Assembly (NCBI GenBank): GCA_944336125.1
Contig: CALVLA010000001.1
Location: 162,516 to 226,515 of the forward strand
DNA: 64,000 nucleotides
Direction of reading: 5' to 3'
Source: an uncultured Clostridia bacterium
GTDB lineage: Bacteria; Bacillota; Clostridia; Christensenellales; CAG-314
This document shows, one piece after another, positions 1 through 9,908 of this stretch. The notes beneath the pieces were generated by a model. It saw only the letters and a program-made list of their open reading frames with translations, was not told the origin of the DNA and searched no databases. Position 1 is the first letter of the stretch, and each line of letters begins with the position of its first letter. The translations under genes and the position numbers were made by a program.

Positions 1-2
1 GT

Positions 3-659
3 TTATTTCGCGCCGTAAACCGCGTAGTAATCGTTTATTTTTTTGATGTTGTCTTGCGTCAGCTGTCCTTTTTCCGAAAGATATTCCACAACTTCCGCCA
101 TGTTGACGATAGGCGCGCCTTTGAGACCGAAGGTTGCCGAAAGCTCGCTGATTGCCGATTTTTCGGTTTTGCCCTTTTCCATCCTGTCGACAGACACGAC
201 AAGGCCTATTACGTCTACGCCGATATCTTTTACCATTTCCATGGTTTCGTAAACGCTTGTGCCCGCCGTTGTGACGTCCTCTACGATTACGACTTTATCG
301 CCCTTTTGAAGTTTGGAACCCAAAAACATACCGCCGTCGCCGTGGTCTTTGATTTCCTTTCTGTTTGAGCAGTATCTCACGTTTACGCCAAAATTGCGGT
401 AAAGCGCCTGTGCCGCCGCAACCGCGATAGGAATACCCTTGTAAGCAGGTCCGAAAAGCACGTCAACGTCTTTTCCGAAGTTGTCGGCAATTGTTTCAGC
501 GTAAAACTCGCCAAGTTTCAAAAGTTTTTCGCCGTCGTTAAAGTTGCCGAGGTTTACGAAAAACGGAGTGTTTCTGCCGCTTTTGGTAACAAACTCACCA
601 AATTGAAGCGCTTTGCTTTCGATGAGAAAATCAATAAACCTTTTTTTGTAGTCTTTCAT
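3..659 (-). CDS. pyrE: Orotate phosphoribosyltransferase
   Basis: FGEFVTKSGR N-terminus, FGPAYKGIP, NRKExKDHG and PRPP-binding VVIVEDVTTAGTS motifs. Confidence 0.95.
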   Translation of the reverse strand: MKDYKKRFIDFLIESKALQFGEFVTKSGRNTPFFVNLGNFNDGEKLLKLGEFYAETIADNFGKDVDVLFGPAYKGIPIAVAAAQALYRNFGVNVRYCSNRKEIKDHGDGGMFLGSKLQKGDKVVIVEDVTTAGTSVYETMEMVKDIGVDVIGLVVSVDRMEKGKTEKSAISELSATFGLKGAPIVNMAEVVEYLSEKGQLTQDNIKKINDYYAVYGAK

Positions 660-1273
660 AATTTCACCTTCTTTGAAATTTGTGTCAAAAATTCGTCCGC
701 GCTTTTTTCCAGCCTTTTGACTTCTTTGTCAACGCTTTCAAAAAGAGCCGCGTTTTTCAGCATAGGCAAATTTATTTTTACGTTTAAAAGCGCGGATTTC
801 ACGCCGGTGCTTAAAAGCATGCCCGCCATATACCCGTCGCTTACCGCCGTTTTGTTTCCCTTTTCCACGGCAAAAACCGCGTTGTCAAAAAGCTTTTCGC
901 CTTTCTGCGCCAGTTCCAGCGGCACGAGAGTAGCCCTTTCGGTAGCCGTGGCCATTGCTTTTTTCCTCGCTTCAACCTGTTCCTCGGTGTCCTTTGGCAT
1001 TTTGAGAGCAGCCATAAATGCGTCAAACGCCTCGCAGTCACGGTCTATGAAATCCAAAAACTCGCGCGAACTTTTTTCGCATTTCGAAGCAATTTCCGAC
1101 GCCTTGTCCCAAACGTCCTCGTACCCTTTTTTACCCACGGTAAGGTTACATTGCATTGCCGCAAGCGCCGCGCCGTTTGCAAGAGTAAGTGCCGCCACGC
1201 TTCCGCCTCCCGGCGAAGGCTCAGACGACGATGTTTTTTCAACAAAATCAGCCAATGAAACGTCTTTAAACAT
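656..1273 (-). CDS. Formiminotransferase-cyclodeaminase C-terminal family protein (cyclodeaminase/cyclohydrolase)
   Basis: SSEPSPGGGSVAA and NVKINL motifs; start moved to ATG 1273, preceded by a GGGAG SD. Confidence 0.85.
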   Translation of the reverse strand: MFKDVSLADFVEKTSSSEPSPGGGSVAALTLANGAALAAMQCNLTVGKKGYEDVWDKASEIASKCEKSSREFLDFIDRDCEAFDAFMAALKMPKDTEEQVEARKKAMATATERATLVPLELAQKGEKLFDNAVFAVEKGNKTAVSDGYMAGMLLSTGVKSALLNVKINLPMLKNAALFESVDKEVKRLEKSADEFLTQISKKVKL

Positions 1274-1354
1274 AAAAAACTCCCGACAGGCGTCGGGAGT
1301 TTTGCCCGACATACCCGTCGGGTTTATTTTACCAATTTTTTTCGCTTTTTTCAA
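1274..1354 (-). promoter_or_regulatory. SigA promoter plus two-hairpin attenuator leader of the cyclodeaminase-pyrE operon
   Basis: TTGAAA(1354-1349)-17-TAAAAT(1331-1326); hairpin 1 CCCGAC/GTCGGG (1322-1305); hairpin 2 AAAACTCCCGAC/GTCGGGAGTTTT (1303-1276) with a U-tract, overlapping the SD. Confidence 0.6.
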
Positions 1355-1374
1355 GTCAATTTATCAACCCGTGT

Positions 1375-2175
1375 TCAGGCTTCTTTGGGCTGCGGCTGAA
1401 CCTGCGCCTGCTCCTGTTTTTTGCTCATGACCTGAAGCAATCCGTTGAGCGCGAGATTGAGCTTTTTTTGCTGTTCGCGGGTTCTCACCTTGTTGAGCCT
1501 TTCGGCAGAAAGCAGCGCCGCCACCTCGTTTGCCGTGTTTTCTCCGAGACCGTTGGCTTTCAAAAAATTGATTTTCGCAACTGTTTCGTCAACGTCGGTG
1601 TCGAGGCACAAATCGTCGGCGTTAAGCTGTTGTTTGGCAAACATACTCTGTCCCAAAAATCTGTCGAGCTGACGACCGAACAACACCGTGAGCTTTTTTG
1701 CCCTTTTGTCTTTAAGCCCTCTGATTTGACAGATAAAAGCCTGCAAAACGGCGTAAACGCAAAACAACACAAACGGCATGAAGGAATAAACGGTTTTTAC
1801 CGTAACCACCACCGCAAAAGACAAAGCGAAGCAAATAGCCACTACGCTTATGCCGTAGTTGCCCAGACGTTTAGGCTTGAACAAACACATTTCCGAAGGA
1901 AAGCGCATTTCGCTTTTTAGATAGTTTTCAAAACCCGGCGCAAGTTCCTTAGGAAACACCACTTTGTTGAGGTTGACGTGAATGCGCATTTCGTCGCATT
2001 TTTTCAGATACTTCAAATTTCTCTTCAACAGACGGTTGTATTTGAGATAAGGGGTCAAAACCGCGTTGAGTACGAAGTAAGCCACAATAACCGCCGCTAC
2101 GACAATCCACAGTACGGTTTCGTTTTGAGCCAAAATTTCAAAACCGTCGCGAATGAAATCAAAAACTTTTTCCAT
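1375..2175 (-). CDS. Hypothetical membrane protein (about 3 TM segments)
   Basis: 266-aa ORF with AGGAG SD and hydrophobic stretches; no recognised family. Confidence 0.7.
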   Translation of the reverse strand: MEKVFDFIRDGFEILAQNETVLWIVVAAVIVAYFVLNAVLTPYLKYNRLLKRNLKYLKKCDEMRIHVNLNKVVFPKELAPGFENYLKSEMRFPSEMCLFKPKRLGNYGISVVAICFALSFAVVVTVKTVYSFMPFVLFCVYAVLQAFICQIRGLKDKRAKKLTVLFGRQLDRFLGQSMFAKQQLNADDLCLDTDVDETVAKINFLKANGLGENTANEVAALLSAERLNKVRTREQQKKLNLALNGLLQVMSKKQEQAQVQPQPKEA

Positions 2176-2233
2176 ACAGACACTCCTTTTTTTCGATAAT
2201 TTTGTCCGTATGAATTTTTTTTATACCTTGACT

Positions 2234-5200
2234 TCACATTTTTATCAATTTTCCGTCTGCGATTGAAAGTATGTATTTTTCAACGTCCTCGACACGCAAA
2301 ATTTCTCTCACCGCCTGCGCGTATGAATTGAGCTGCTTGCCGTATTTGTTTTTGAGATAATCGCTGTTTCTGCTGTACTTGTAGTCGACTATTACCGCTT
2401 TGTCGCCGTCGAGAATAAGCAAATCGATAACGCCCTGCAAAAATATGTTTTCATCCACCTTTCTGTCGTCAAACAAGTTGTTGTAGGCAGTTTTGAGCAT
2501 AAAAGGCAGTTCTCTGTAAACGGTTTTTTTCGAGATGTCTTTGAACAGAGGGTTTGACAAAACTTTGAGTACAAATTCCGCGCTGAGACTGTCCGCCGCT
2601 TCTTTTGAAATTTCGCCCTTTGTTACCTCTTGATCAATTACCCAATTTATCTCTTGCTCCGAAATTTTCGAAAAGTCGATTTTTTCAAAAATTTTGTGGT
2701 ATGCCGAGCCTATCTCGTTTCGCGCCACCCTTTCGTCGTCAATGACGATGTTTGACGCCTGCGTCTCCTCTTCCCCCGCAAAACCCAGATAAGGCTGCAA
2801 ATTTGACGAAACGGCTTTAAGCTCAAGCCTTGTCGCTTCCTCGTGCGGATATGCGGCATAAATTTTTTCACGAAGCGTTTTTGCCGCTTTTTCGTCACAC
2901 GCCGAATAGCTTGGCAAAACCCTCTCGTTTTTTTCGCAGTCCTGCATAAGCTCGTTTGCTTCGACTACGCCGTAACGCAATCCGCATTTTTCCTTGTCGA
3001 ATTGGTCGAGGTAAGGCAAAATCCAGTCGAAATAGCTTTTTTCGCCGTCACTCTGATCACCGCAGCCGCAAAGGTACAAATGCGCTTTTGCTCTTGTCAT
3101 AGCGACGTAAAAAAGCCTTGCCTCCTCATAAAGTGCCTTTTCGTTGACTTTTTTCAAAACGTAAAGCCTTGACAAAGTGTCGTAAACTATGCGGTTTTCC
3201 CTGTCGAAAAACTTTGCGGCAATGCCCTCTCGCCTGTCGCAAACAACGGCAGAGGAAGTTTTTTTGAAACGCTTGCCGCAGTTTATGACAAACACGATAG
3301 GAAATTCAAGACCTTTGCTTTTGTGAATTGTCATGACGCGCACCGCCGACACGTTTTTGGTGTTTTCGGTTTCGGCGTCGGCCTGCGAGTTTTTCATAAA
3401 CGCCAAAAACTCGGCAACGCTCCTGTCGTAAGTTTTTCCGATGAGCGAGTTTGAAAACTCGTTGATTTTTTTGAGCCTTATGTCACCGTCGGGAAGTCCC
3501 AACGTTTTGAGCGCAAAGTCTGTTTTTGAAAATATTTCGGAAATCAACGAGCTTACCGGCATGCTTTGAGCCAAAAATCGCATGTCCGAAACAAAGCTCA
3601 AAAACTTTTCAAGCTTTTGCTTTATTTCGTCGTCGTTGTTTTTGACGTAATCAATCACCTTTATGTAAAGTCCCTCTTCGGTTTTTGACAATGCCACTTG
3701 CGAGATCTCGTTGTCGTCAAGTCCGCAAAACCAACCCGAAAGACACCCTGCCAAAGGAATGTCTTGGTCGGGATTGTCGATGACTTTAAACAAATTTGTC
3801 AGCTGTTTTGTTTCGATACCGTCAAACACCGACTTTTTTACCGAATAATTGAGAGGTACGCCCAATTTTTCCAATCGGGAAATAACGTTTTTGGCGTGAT
3901 TTGTCATGTCTCTCGACAAAATGACTATGTCTGAGTAAGTCACAACCCTGACGGCGTCGCCTATTTTCATTTTCAGCCCCACTATTTCCCTTATGCGGTT
4001 GAAAACGAGCTGCGCCTCGGCGTCGGCTTTGTCAAAGGATTTTTCCTTTCTTTCCCTCACCGAGTAAATTTTGCTTTCAACCTCTTGTGCGGGTTTTTTA
4101 AAATCTATTACGTCGACGGTAACGCTTGAAAGCGGCGTACCCGACACCCCTTTGCCTTTGAGCATGGATGTTGAGGCGTAATCCACACCGCCTTTTACTT
4201 CCGACATAATTCTGCCAAACACGCTGTTTACGAAATTGAGAATTTTTTCGTCGCTTCTGAAATTGTCGTTGAAAAAATCCACGTGGTTAGCTTCCGCCTC
4301 ATTTGAAAAAGCCGATATTTTGTCGGTAAAAATTTCGGGGTCGCACTGGCGGAAAGCGTAAATACTTTGCTTGACGTCTCCCACCAAAAACAAGTTGTCA
4401 CGCCTTTTGACAAGGGAAATAATGCTTTCCTGAATTTCGTTTATGTCCTGATACTCGTCGACGTAAACGTATTCGAATTTGCTTTGAACTTCCAGCCTTA
4501 TTTTGTCTATCGAAAGAACTTTGAAAGCCTTGTGTTCGAGGTCGTTGAAGTCAAGCAGTCCGTTTTGTTTTTTGTATTCGTCAAACTCGTTTTTAAGGCT
4601 TTTGACTATGCCGAACAAACTGATCCACATGTCAAAGGACTTTGACACACGCATTGCCAAAACTTCCTCGCCGTCGGCAAAAACTTCCGAATATATTTTT
4701 AAAGTGTCCCTGCAACCTTTCATGAAAGCCGAAAGCCTTTCCTTAAATTCAGTTTGCGAAAAATCTGCGTCTTTGACGATTTTCGGAAGCGTTGCGAAAG
4801 GCGCCATGTTTTTAAGTTCCACCACGTTTTGCGAAAGGGTTTTTGACGGAGAAACAAAAATACTTTCCGCGGCAGCGAGGCAATAATCCGCATACTTTTC
4901 CAGCCCGATTTTTTTCGCTTCTGCCGAAAACTCAAACAGTTTTTCCCTCATTTCAAAAAACTCGTTTGCCATTTGTTCCGCAGTTTTTTGCAGGTAAAAA
5001 TTATCAGCGCGGTTTTGATTTTTTTTGGCAAGCGAAGCCAGCCAGCCGTCAAAGTCGGCTTTGCAAATCATGAAGGAATAAAGATTTTTTACCGCGTCTT
5101 TCAGGCTGTCGTCGGTTCTGCCCGAAGCAAAAATTTCGGCAAGCGCCAAAAACTCGGCGTCCTTTGAGGCGTAAAGCCTGTCAAAAAGCTTGTCAAGGCA

Positions 5201-5596
5201 AGAACTGAACGCCAAATTCCACTCCGTGTCCGACAAAATTTTGTACGCGGGGTCTATTTCCGCCTCGGAAAAATATTTTCTGACGAGGTTTGCGCAAAAC
5301 GAGTGTAATGTCGAAATGTCGCAAAGCTCGATTTTTGACAACTGGTTCAAAACGTCCTTGTCCTTTGAAGCCGACAGCTTGTCCGCAAGGCGTTTTTTCA
5401 TTTCGTAAGCCGCCATTTCGGTAAAAGTCACTACCAAAAGACGGTCAAGCCTTGTTTCCCCCGACAAAATGGAGTTGGCAATCCTTTCAATCATGACGGT
5501 GGTTTTGCCGGTTCCTGCGGAAGCCGACACAAGTATGTTTTTGTTTTTGCAGTCAAGCACACGCTGTTGACTTGACGAAAAATCAAACTTCTTCAT
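2234..5596 (-). CDS. addA: ATP-dependent helicase/nuclease subunit A
   Basis: VSASAGTGKT Walker A, VDEYQD, VGDVKQSIY, TIHKSKGLEF, YVAMTRA and C-terminal GVIDL..IVDYK nuclease motif. Confidence 0.95.
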   Translation of the reverse strand: MKKFDFSSSQQRVLDCKNKNILVSASAGTGKTTVMIERIANSILSGETRLDRLLVVTFTEMAAYEMKKRLADKLSASKDKDVLNQLSKIELCDISTLHSFCANLVRKYFSEAEIDPAYKILSDTEWNLAFSSCLDKLFDRLYASKDAEFLALAEIFASGRTDDSLKDAVKNLYSFMICKADFDGWLASLAKKNQNRADNFYLQKTAEQMANEFFEMREKLFEFSAEAKKIGLEKYADYCLAAAESIFVSPSKTLSQNVVELKNMAPFATLPKIVKDADFSQTEFKERLSAFMKGCRDTLKIYSEVFADGEEVLAMRVSKSFDMWISLFGIVKSLKNEFDEYKKQNGLLDFNDLEHKAFKVLSIDKIRLEVQSKFEYVYVDEYQDINEIQESIISLVKRRDNLFLVGDVKQSIYAFRQCDPEIFTDKISAFSNEAEANHVDFFNDNFRSDEKILNFVNSVFGRIMSEVKGGVDYASTSMLKGKGVSGTPLSSVTVDVIDFKKPAQEVESKIYSVRERKEKSFDKADAEAQLVFNRIREIVGLKMKIGDAVRVVTYSDIVILSRDMTNHAKNVISRLEKLGVPLNYSVKKSVFDGIETKQLTNLFKVIDNPDQDIPLAGCLSGWFCGLDDNEISQVALSKTEEGLYIKVIDYVKNNDDEIKQKLEKFLSFVSDMRFLAQSMPVSSLISEIFSKTDFALKTLGLPDGDIRLKKINEFSNSLIGKTYDRSVAEFLAFMKNSQADAETENTKNVSAVRVMTIHKSKGLEFPIVFVINCGKRFKKTSSAVVCDRREGIAAKFFDRENRIVYDTLSRLYVLKKVNEKALYEEARLFYVAMTRAKAHLYLCGCGDQSDGEKSYFDWILPYLDQFDKEKCGLRYGVVEANELMQDCEKNERVLPSYSACDEKAAKTLREKIYAAYPHEEATRLELKAVSSNLQPYLGFAGEEETQASNIVIDDERVARNEIGSAYHKIFEKIDFSKISEQEINWVIDQEVTKGEISKEAADSLSAEFVLKVLSNPLFKDISKKTVYRELPFMLKTAYNNLFDDRKVDENIFLQGVIDLLILDGDKAVIVDYKYSRNSDYLKNKYGKQLNSYAQAVREILRVEDVEKYILSIADGKLIKM

Positions 5597-8500
5597 TTAC
5601 GGCCTCCCACAATGTCTGTTTGGTGATTTTTCCCACGCTGTCCTCGTCGACGTCGGACAAATCGTTTTTGAAACATACGGACGAAAACTTGCAGCTTTTG
5701 CAAACGCTGCCAAAAGGATTTTGACAAATAAACCCGCAGGTCATTTCCTTTACCGCGCTTTTCATCAGCATAGAAGTGTATTTGAGATAAACGTCAATCT
5801 GTTCCTCCGAAAGAGGCAAAGAGCTTTGTGCGTTAAACTTGCCGCTTTTGGTAAGCGAGCAGGAAAGCAAATCGCTTTTGCCCCGTTCCTCAGCCTCTTT
5901 GTCAAGCTGAAAAATCGTTTCGCCGTCGTCGAGAATTCTTCCGACATAGCGGTACTTCGGCTCTCCTTTTTCGGAAAAATTGTTTCGTATAGGCATGTAA
6001 AAAAAGCCCGCGCACCTTTTGCCCGTGAGTTTTTTTGCTTGGCTCACATAAGTCAAAAGCTGCAATTTTTGCCCCGCGTAAACTGATTTTTCGCTGAACT
6101 CGCTTTTTCCCGTCTTGTAGTCCACAATCACAAACTTGTCGTCAAACACGTCTATGCGGTCAATTTTTCCCACAAGCGCGATTTGCTTGCCGTAGGCGTC
6201 TATTACGCTGCCCTCGCCGTCGAAACCGAAAGTATATTCGGCATACTCGGGTTTAAAGCACGAGTTCAAAAACTGACGGTAAATCTGCACGCACACCTTT
6301 TTGGCCTCTTCTTTAAGGCTCTTTACGGCAAATGCCAGCTTTGCGTCCTTTTTCAAAAACGCATACTCTTTTTTACCCACACACTCATCGAAAAGCTTTG
6401 CCGCCTCCGCCGCAATTTTGCTTTCGTCCATATCGAGATTTTTGCCTATGACAAATTTTTTGACAAACTTTTCAAGCACTTCGTGGATGATGTTACCCGT
6501 GTCCACGGCTTTGAGCTGACCTTCCTTCCTTTCTTTGAGTTTCAAGCCGTGTTCGAGAAAATAGGCGTAAGGACAGCGGAAAAAACTTTCAAGCCTTGTA
6601 ACGGAAGTTTTTCCTTTGGGAAGCAGAACCTCCTCTCCTTTTGAAAGGGGTTGCTTCTGATCGTCGGTGAACAAAAATTCCGTTATGTTTTCGTTGCCCA
6701 CCGCTTTGTACAATGTGCTTAAATAAGGCAAAAGCCATTTTTCGCCCGACATATAGGCGGAAGACATTTCCACCAGTTTTTCCTCCGCCTGCTTTTTTGA
6801 AAAAACGTTTGCTTCGACATTTTCATCCGAAGAAAAGACAAACATCTGCCCTATTTCCTCAAACGCCCTGCAAGGCGCCGAACTTTCGCCCGACGAAACG
6901 TATGACATGTAAAGGCTTTGCCTTGGCATCGACAAAAGCTGAAATACGTTGAAAGCTTCCCTCCTGTTTTCGCTTTCGATTTTCGGCGTAATCAAAACGC
7001 CGTGTTTTTCGAGGCTCTCGATGTCGCCGTCCGCAATAAGTTTTGTGTCCCCCTTGACCGCAGGAAATTTTCCGTCCCCTGCTCCTAAGACAACGAGATG
7101 TTTGTTTGCGTTTGCCCTCGACTTTGCCAAAGAGGTGACAACCACGCAGTCGTTGTAAAGCGGAATTATAGAAATTTTTTCGGCGCGCACACCGCTCAAA
7201 AACAAATCGAAAAACTTTTCGGCAGTTGTTTTTTCGTTGCCGAAAAGGTCTGCCAAAGTTTTTATCACTTCGACAAGCTTTTCCTCCGCCTGCAACGAAA
7301 CCTTGTAAGAAGCATGGTCAAGCGTCTCCTGCCTGTCAATTACCTTTTGAAGAGTGGCTGCGGTTTTTTCGTTTTTTATAAAGGCAGTCAAAGCAGCGCA
7401 AAAATCTTCCACGCTTTGCGCCGACGAAAAATCAAGAGAGTTTGCGAAATTGACGAACTCGCTCCTTGTTCTTTCCGCCTCACTGTCCTCCTCGTCCGAA
7501 ACGTCAAACGGATAATTCAAAAATCTGACGTTGTTTTTCAGGCAAAAGTTTTCAAAGGCAAAAATGTCGTGTTCCGTTTCATAAAAAACGTTTTTCATGA
7601 CGGCAAAACAATTTTCCGTCAAAAATCCGCTTGTTTTTACCCTCATGACGTCACACAAAAACCTCGCAAGCACGTGGTCGGCAAGAGGTTTTTTGTCGTC
7701 GATGAAGTAAGGTATGTCGTATTTTTCAAAAACGCTTTTTACCGCATAGGTATATGCCGTAACGTCTGAGCTGACCACCAAAAAGTCCTTGTATCTGTCA
7801 CCTGACGCTATCTTTTTCTTGATGTGACAAGCCGCTTTTTCCACCTCGTCAAAAACGTCTGACGCTTTATTGAGCGTTACGTCATGTGTTTCGACAGGCT
7901 TTTCGGGCAGCGTGTATGAAAACAAATAGTTTTCGATGACGGAAGTAAACCCCGAGGAGTTTTTCCTGACAAAGTTTATTTTGCAGTCTACGTCAAGCCC
8001 CTTTGCGATGTTGACAATTGTGCTGAAGTTTTCGTCGGAATAGACGTGGTTGTCCCTGACAAAAGGCAACGCCACCGTAACGCCTTTTGAATAAATGACA
8101 AGCTGACGCAAAATCAAGGCTTCCTGAACGGAAAAGCTGTCAAAATCCTTGACATAAAAGTATGAGTTTTTGATTAAATCGCTTTCGGGGATATGCTTAA
8201 TGAGTTCGTTAAGCTTTGCGCCCGAGTCGACGTAACTGTCTTTTATGAAATTTTCGTAAGCGGCATAAATAATTTTTATGTCTTGCATTTTGAGTTTGAG
8301 GTTTCCCTCGTACTCGTCGGGGTTTATTTCGTCGGGAGAAATTGCGGAGTATTTAAGTTGCGAAACCGTTTCGTAAATACTTTCCGCAAAACCTGCCGTA
8401 TCAAATGACTTTGTGTAGCATTTGAGCTGCGTTTTGAGTTCTTCGGCGATTTTTCCCAGCAGCATAATCGCGCTTTGCTTTGAAATGAAGGTTTTTTCCT

Positions 8501-8720
8501 TCATTATGCATGAGGTAAGCCTCGCAAAGGTCATTACGCGGGTGTTAAAACTGCCCCCCAATTCGTCGAGGATGCTAAGTTCGCTGGTCATGCTTGTGCG
8601 GTCGTTGGAAATAACAATGTGATGTTCGTCCAGTTTCCGAGGGTCGTTTTTTTTGAGGAGCCCTACAATACACTCGGATGCCGCAGCATAGTTGTTTGCC
8701 GCAAAAAGTTCAAGTTTCAT
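5583..8720 (-). CDS. addB: ATP-dependent helicase/nuclease subunit B
   Basis: SVTRLESFFRCPY, GKIDRID..VDYKTG, QLxxY and C-terminal CxxC..C Fe-S staple; overlaps addA; start set at ATG 8720. Confidence 0.9.
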   Translation of the reverse strand: MKLELFAANNYAAASECIVGLLKKNDPRKLDEHHIVISNDRTSMTSELSILDELGGSFNTRVMTFARLTSCIMKEKTFISKQSAIMLLGKIAEELKTQLKCYTKSFDTAGFAESIYETVSQLKYSAISPDEINPDEYEGNLKLKMQDIKIIYAAYENFIKDSYVDSGAKLNELIKHIPESDLIKNSYFYVKDFDSFSVQEALILRQLVIYSKGVTVALPFVRDNHVYSDENFSTIVNIAKGLDVDCKINFVRKNSSGFTSVIENYLFSYTLPEKPVETHDVTLNKASDVFDEVEKAACHIKKKIASGDRYKDFLVVSSDVTAYTYAVKSVFEKYDIPYFIDDKKPLADHVLARFLCDVMRVKTSGFLTENCFAVMKNVFYETEHDIFAFENFCLKNNVRFLNYPFDVSDEEDSEAERTRSEFVNFANSLDFSSAQSVEDFCAALTAFIKNEKTAATLQKVIDRQETLDHASYKVSLQAEEKLVEVIKTLADLFGNEKTTAEKFFDLFLSGVRAEKISIIPLYNDCVVVTSLAKSRANANKHLVVLGAGDGKFPAVKGDTKLIADGDIESLEKHGVLITPKIESENRREAFNVFQLLSMPRQSLYMSYVSSGESSAPCRAFEEIGQMFVFSSDENVEANVFSKKQAEEKLVEMSSAYMSGEKWLLPYLSTLYKAVGNENITEFLFTDDQKQPLSKGEEVLLPKGKTSVTRLESFFRCPYAYFLEHGLKLKERKEGQLKAVDTGNIIHEVLEKFVKKFVIGKNLDMDESKIAAEAAKLFDECVGKKEYAFLKKDAKLAFAVKSLKEEAKKVCVQIYRQFLNSCFKPEYAEYTFGFDGEGSVIDAYGKQIALVGKIDRIDVFDDKFVIVDYKTGKSEFSEKSVYAGQKLQLLTYVSQAKKLTGKRCAGFFYMPIRNNFSEKGEPKYRYVGRILDDGETIFQLDKEAEERGKSDLLSCSLTKSGKFNAQSSLPLSEEQIDVYLKYTSMLMKSAVKEMTCGFICQNPFGSVCKSCKFSSVCFKNDLSDVDEDSVGKITKQTLWEAVNEEV

Positions 8721-8864
8721 AAGACAAATTATAGCAAAGGCGCACGAGTTTGTAAACAACGGCTTGAAAAGGCTTAACGCCAAAACAAATTGTGGTAAAA
8801 ACGGTTTGAGTTTGCGGTTTTTTGTGATATAATAATCCGACCGAAACAAATCACGGAGAAAACT

Positions 8865-9869
8865 ATGAAAAAATTATTCAGTTTTGCAATACTCCTCGTA
8901 GCGCTTGTTTTTGCTTTTGCGGGCTGCTCCAACACCCCCGTTCCTTCCACTACCGAAAGATGGAACGCAGGTGAAACAAAACGCTATGAGATCAACCTTT
9001 TGACAAGCGACATGGCTCTTTCAAAGGGATTTAACGACCCTGAAACAAAACAAGGCGACTATTACGAATATCCTAAAAACGCCGGCGTACAGGTAAAACC
9101 AAACGACATCCTTGACGGCAGCTATATGGAATACACTATCAGCAAGGAAGGCTCCAACTGGGTTTTTGACCTTGAAATGACTGTAATTCAAAAATACGAA
9201 GCAGCCGAGTTTGTCGAAGGCTGGGAAGAAAAGATTCCTCAGGAAAACATCGTCAGCAAGGACTCCACTTTCGTAACTCTCAAATCGACAATGACAAGCA
9301 AAGCGGTTTTCGGCTCGATTAAAGACGGCGAAAGACCGGTGTCTTCCACAAAGACGGTAAACAGCGTAGTTGTGTTTTACAACAGCGACCTTAAAATCGA
9401 CGTTGACCACAACGATTTCACCACCACCGCAACGTATGACGAAAGCAGCGTAAAAAGCACTTTTACCGACAGAGCAGGTAACACGGGAAAACCATCCGAA
9501 GTAACCGTCAATACAGGCAGCGGCTTTATTTTCGACAACGAAGCAATGCTGCTCGCAATCCGTTCTGTCGACATGGTAACTTTGAAAGAAGCAGGAAGCA
9601 CTTCCCTCAACTTCTACAACGCGATTGAACAAAAGACTCAAAAAGTAACGGTTGCATACATTTCGGACAGCTTCACTTTCAACAACACTCAGGAAGACGC
9701 ACCTAAATACATGCGTGTCGGCTGCACACCTGAAGGAATGGGTTATCCTTACTACTTCTACTTCGAACAGCAGACAAAAATCGCTCCGCCTGTTCCTGGT
9801 GATATGATCAATCAGTATCAGCTTGTGGAAATGAATCAAGGCTACATGAATTTCAGCCTTGCCGCTTAA
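8865..9869 (+). CDS. Lipoprotein of unknown function
   Basis: Signal peptide MKKLFSFAILLVALVFAFAGC with lipobox; GGAG SD; promoter-like TATAAT upstream. Confidence 0.8.
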   Translation: MKKLFSFAILLVALVFAFAGCSNTPVPSTTERWNAGETKRYEINLLTSDMALSKGFNDPETKQGDYYEYPKNAGVQVKPNDILDGSYMEYTISKEGSNWVFDLEMTVIQKYEAAEFVEGWEEKIPQENIVSKDSTFVTLKSTMTSKAVFGSIKDGERPVSSTKTVNSVVVFYNSDLKIDVDHNDFTTTATYDESSVKSTFTDRAGNTGKPSEVTVNTGSGFIFDNEAMLLAIRSVDMVTLKEAGSTSLNFYNAIEQKTQKVTVAYISDSFTFNNTQEDAPKYMRVGCTPEGMGYPYYFYFEQQTKIAPPVPGDMINQYQLVEMNQGYMNFSLAA

Positions 9870-9881
9870 AGGACAAAAAAC

Positions 9882-9908
9882 AAAAACGTGCCGACGGCAC
9901 GTTTTTTT
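9882..9908. terminator. Bidirectional intrinsic terminator
   Basis: AAAAACGTGCC-GAC-GGCACGTTTTTT between convergent genes. Confidence 0.8.

Noticed and set aside
1274-1325. THF riboswitch or PyrR site in the cyclodeaminase-pyrE leader
   Set aside because: The leader is only about 50 nt and lacks THF-aptamer and PyrR-loop consensus sequences.
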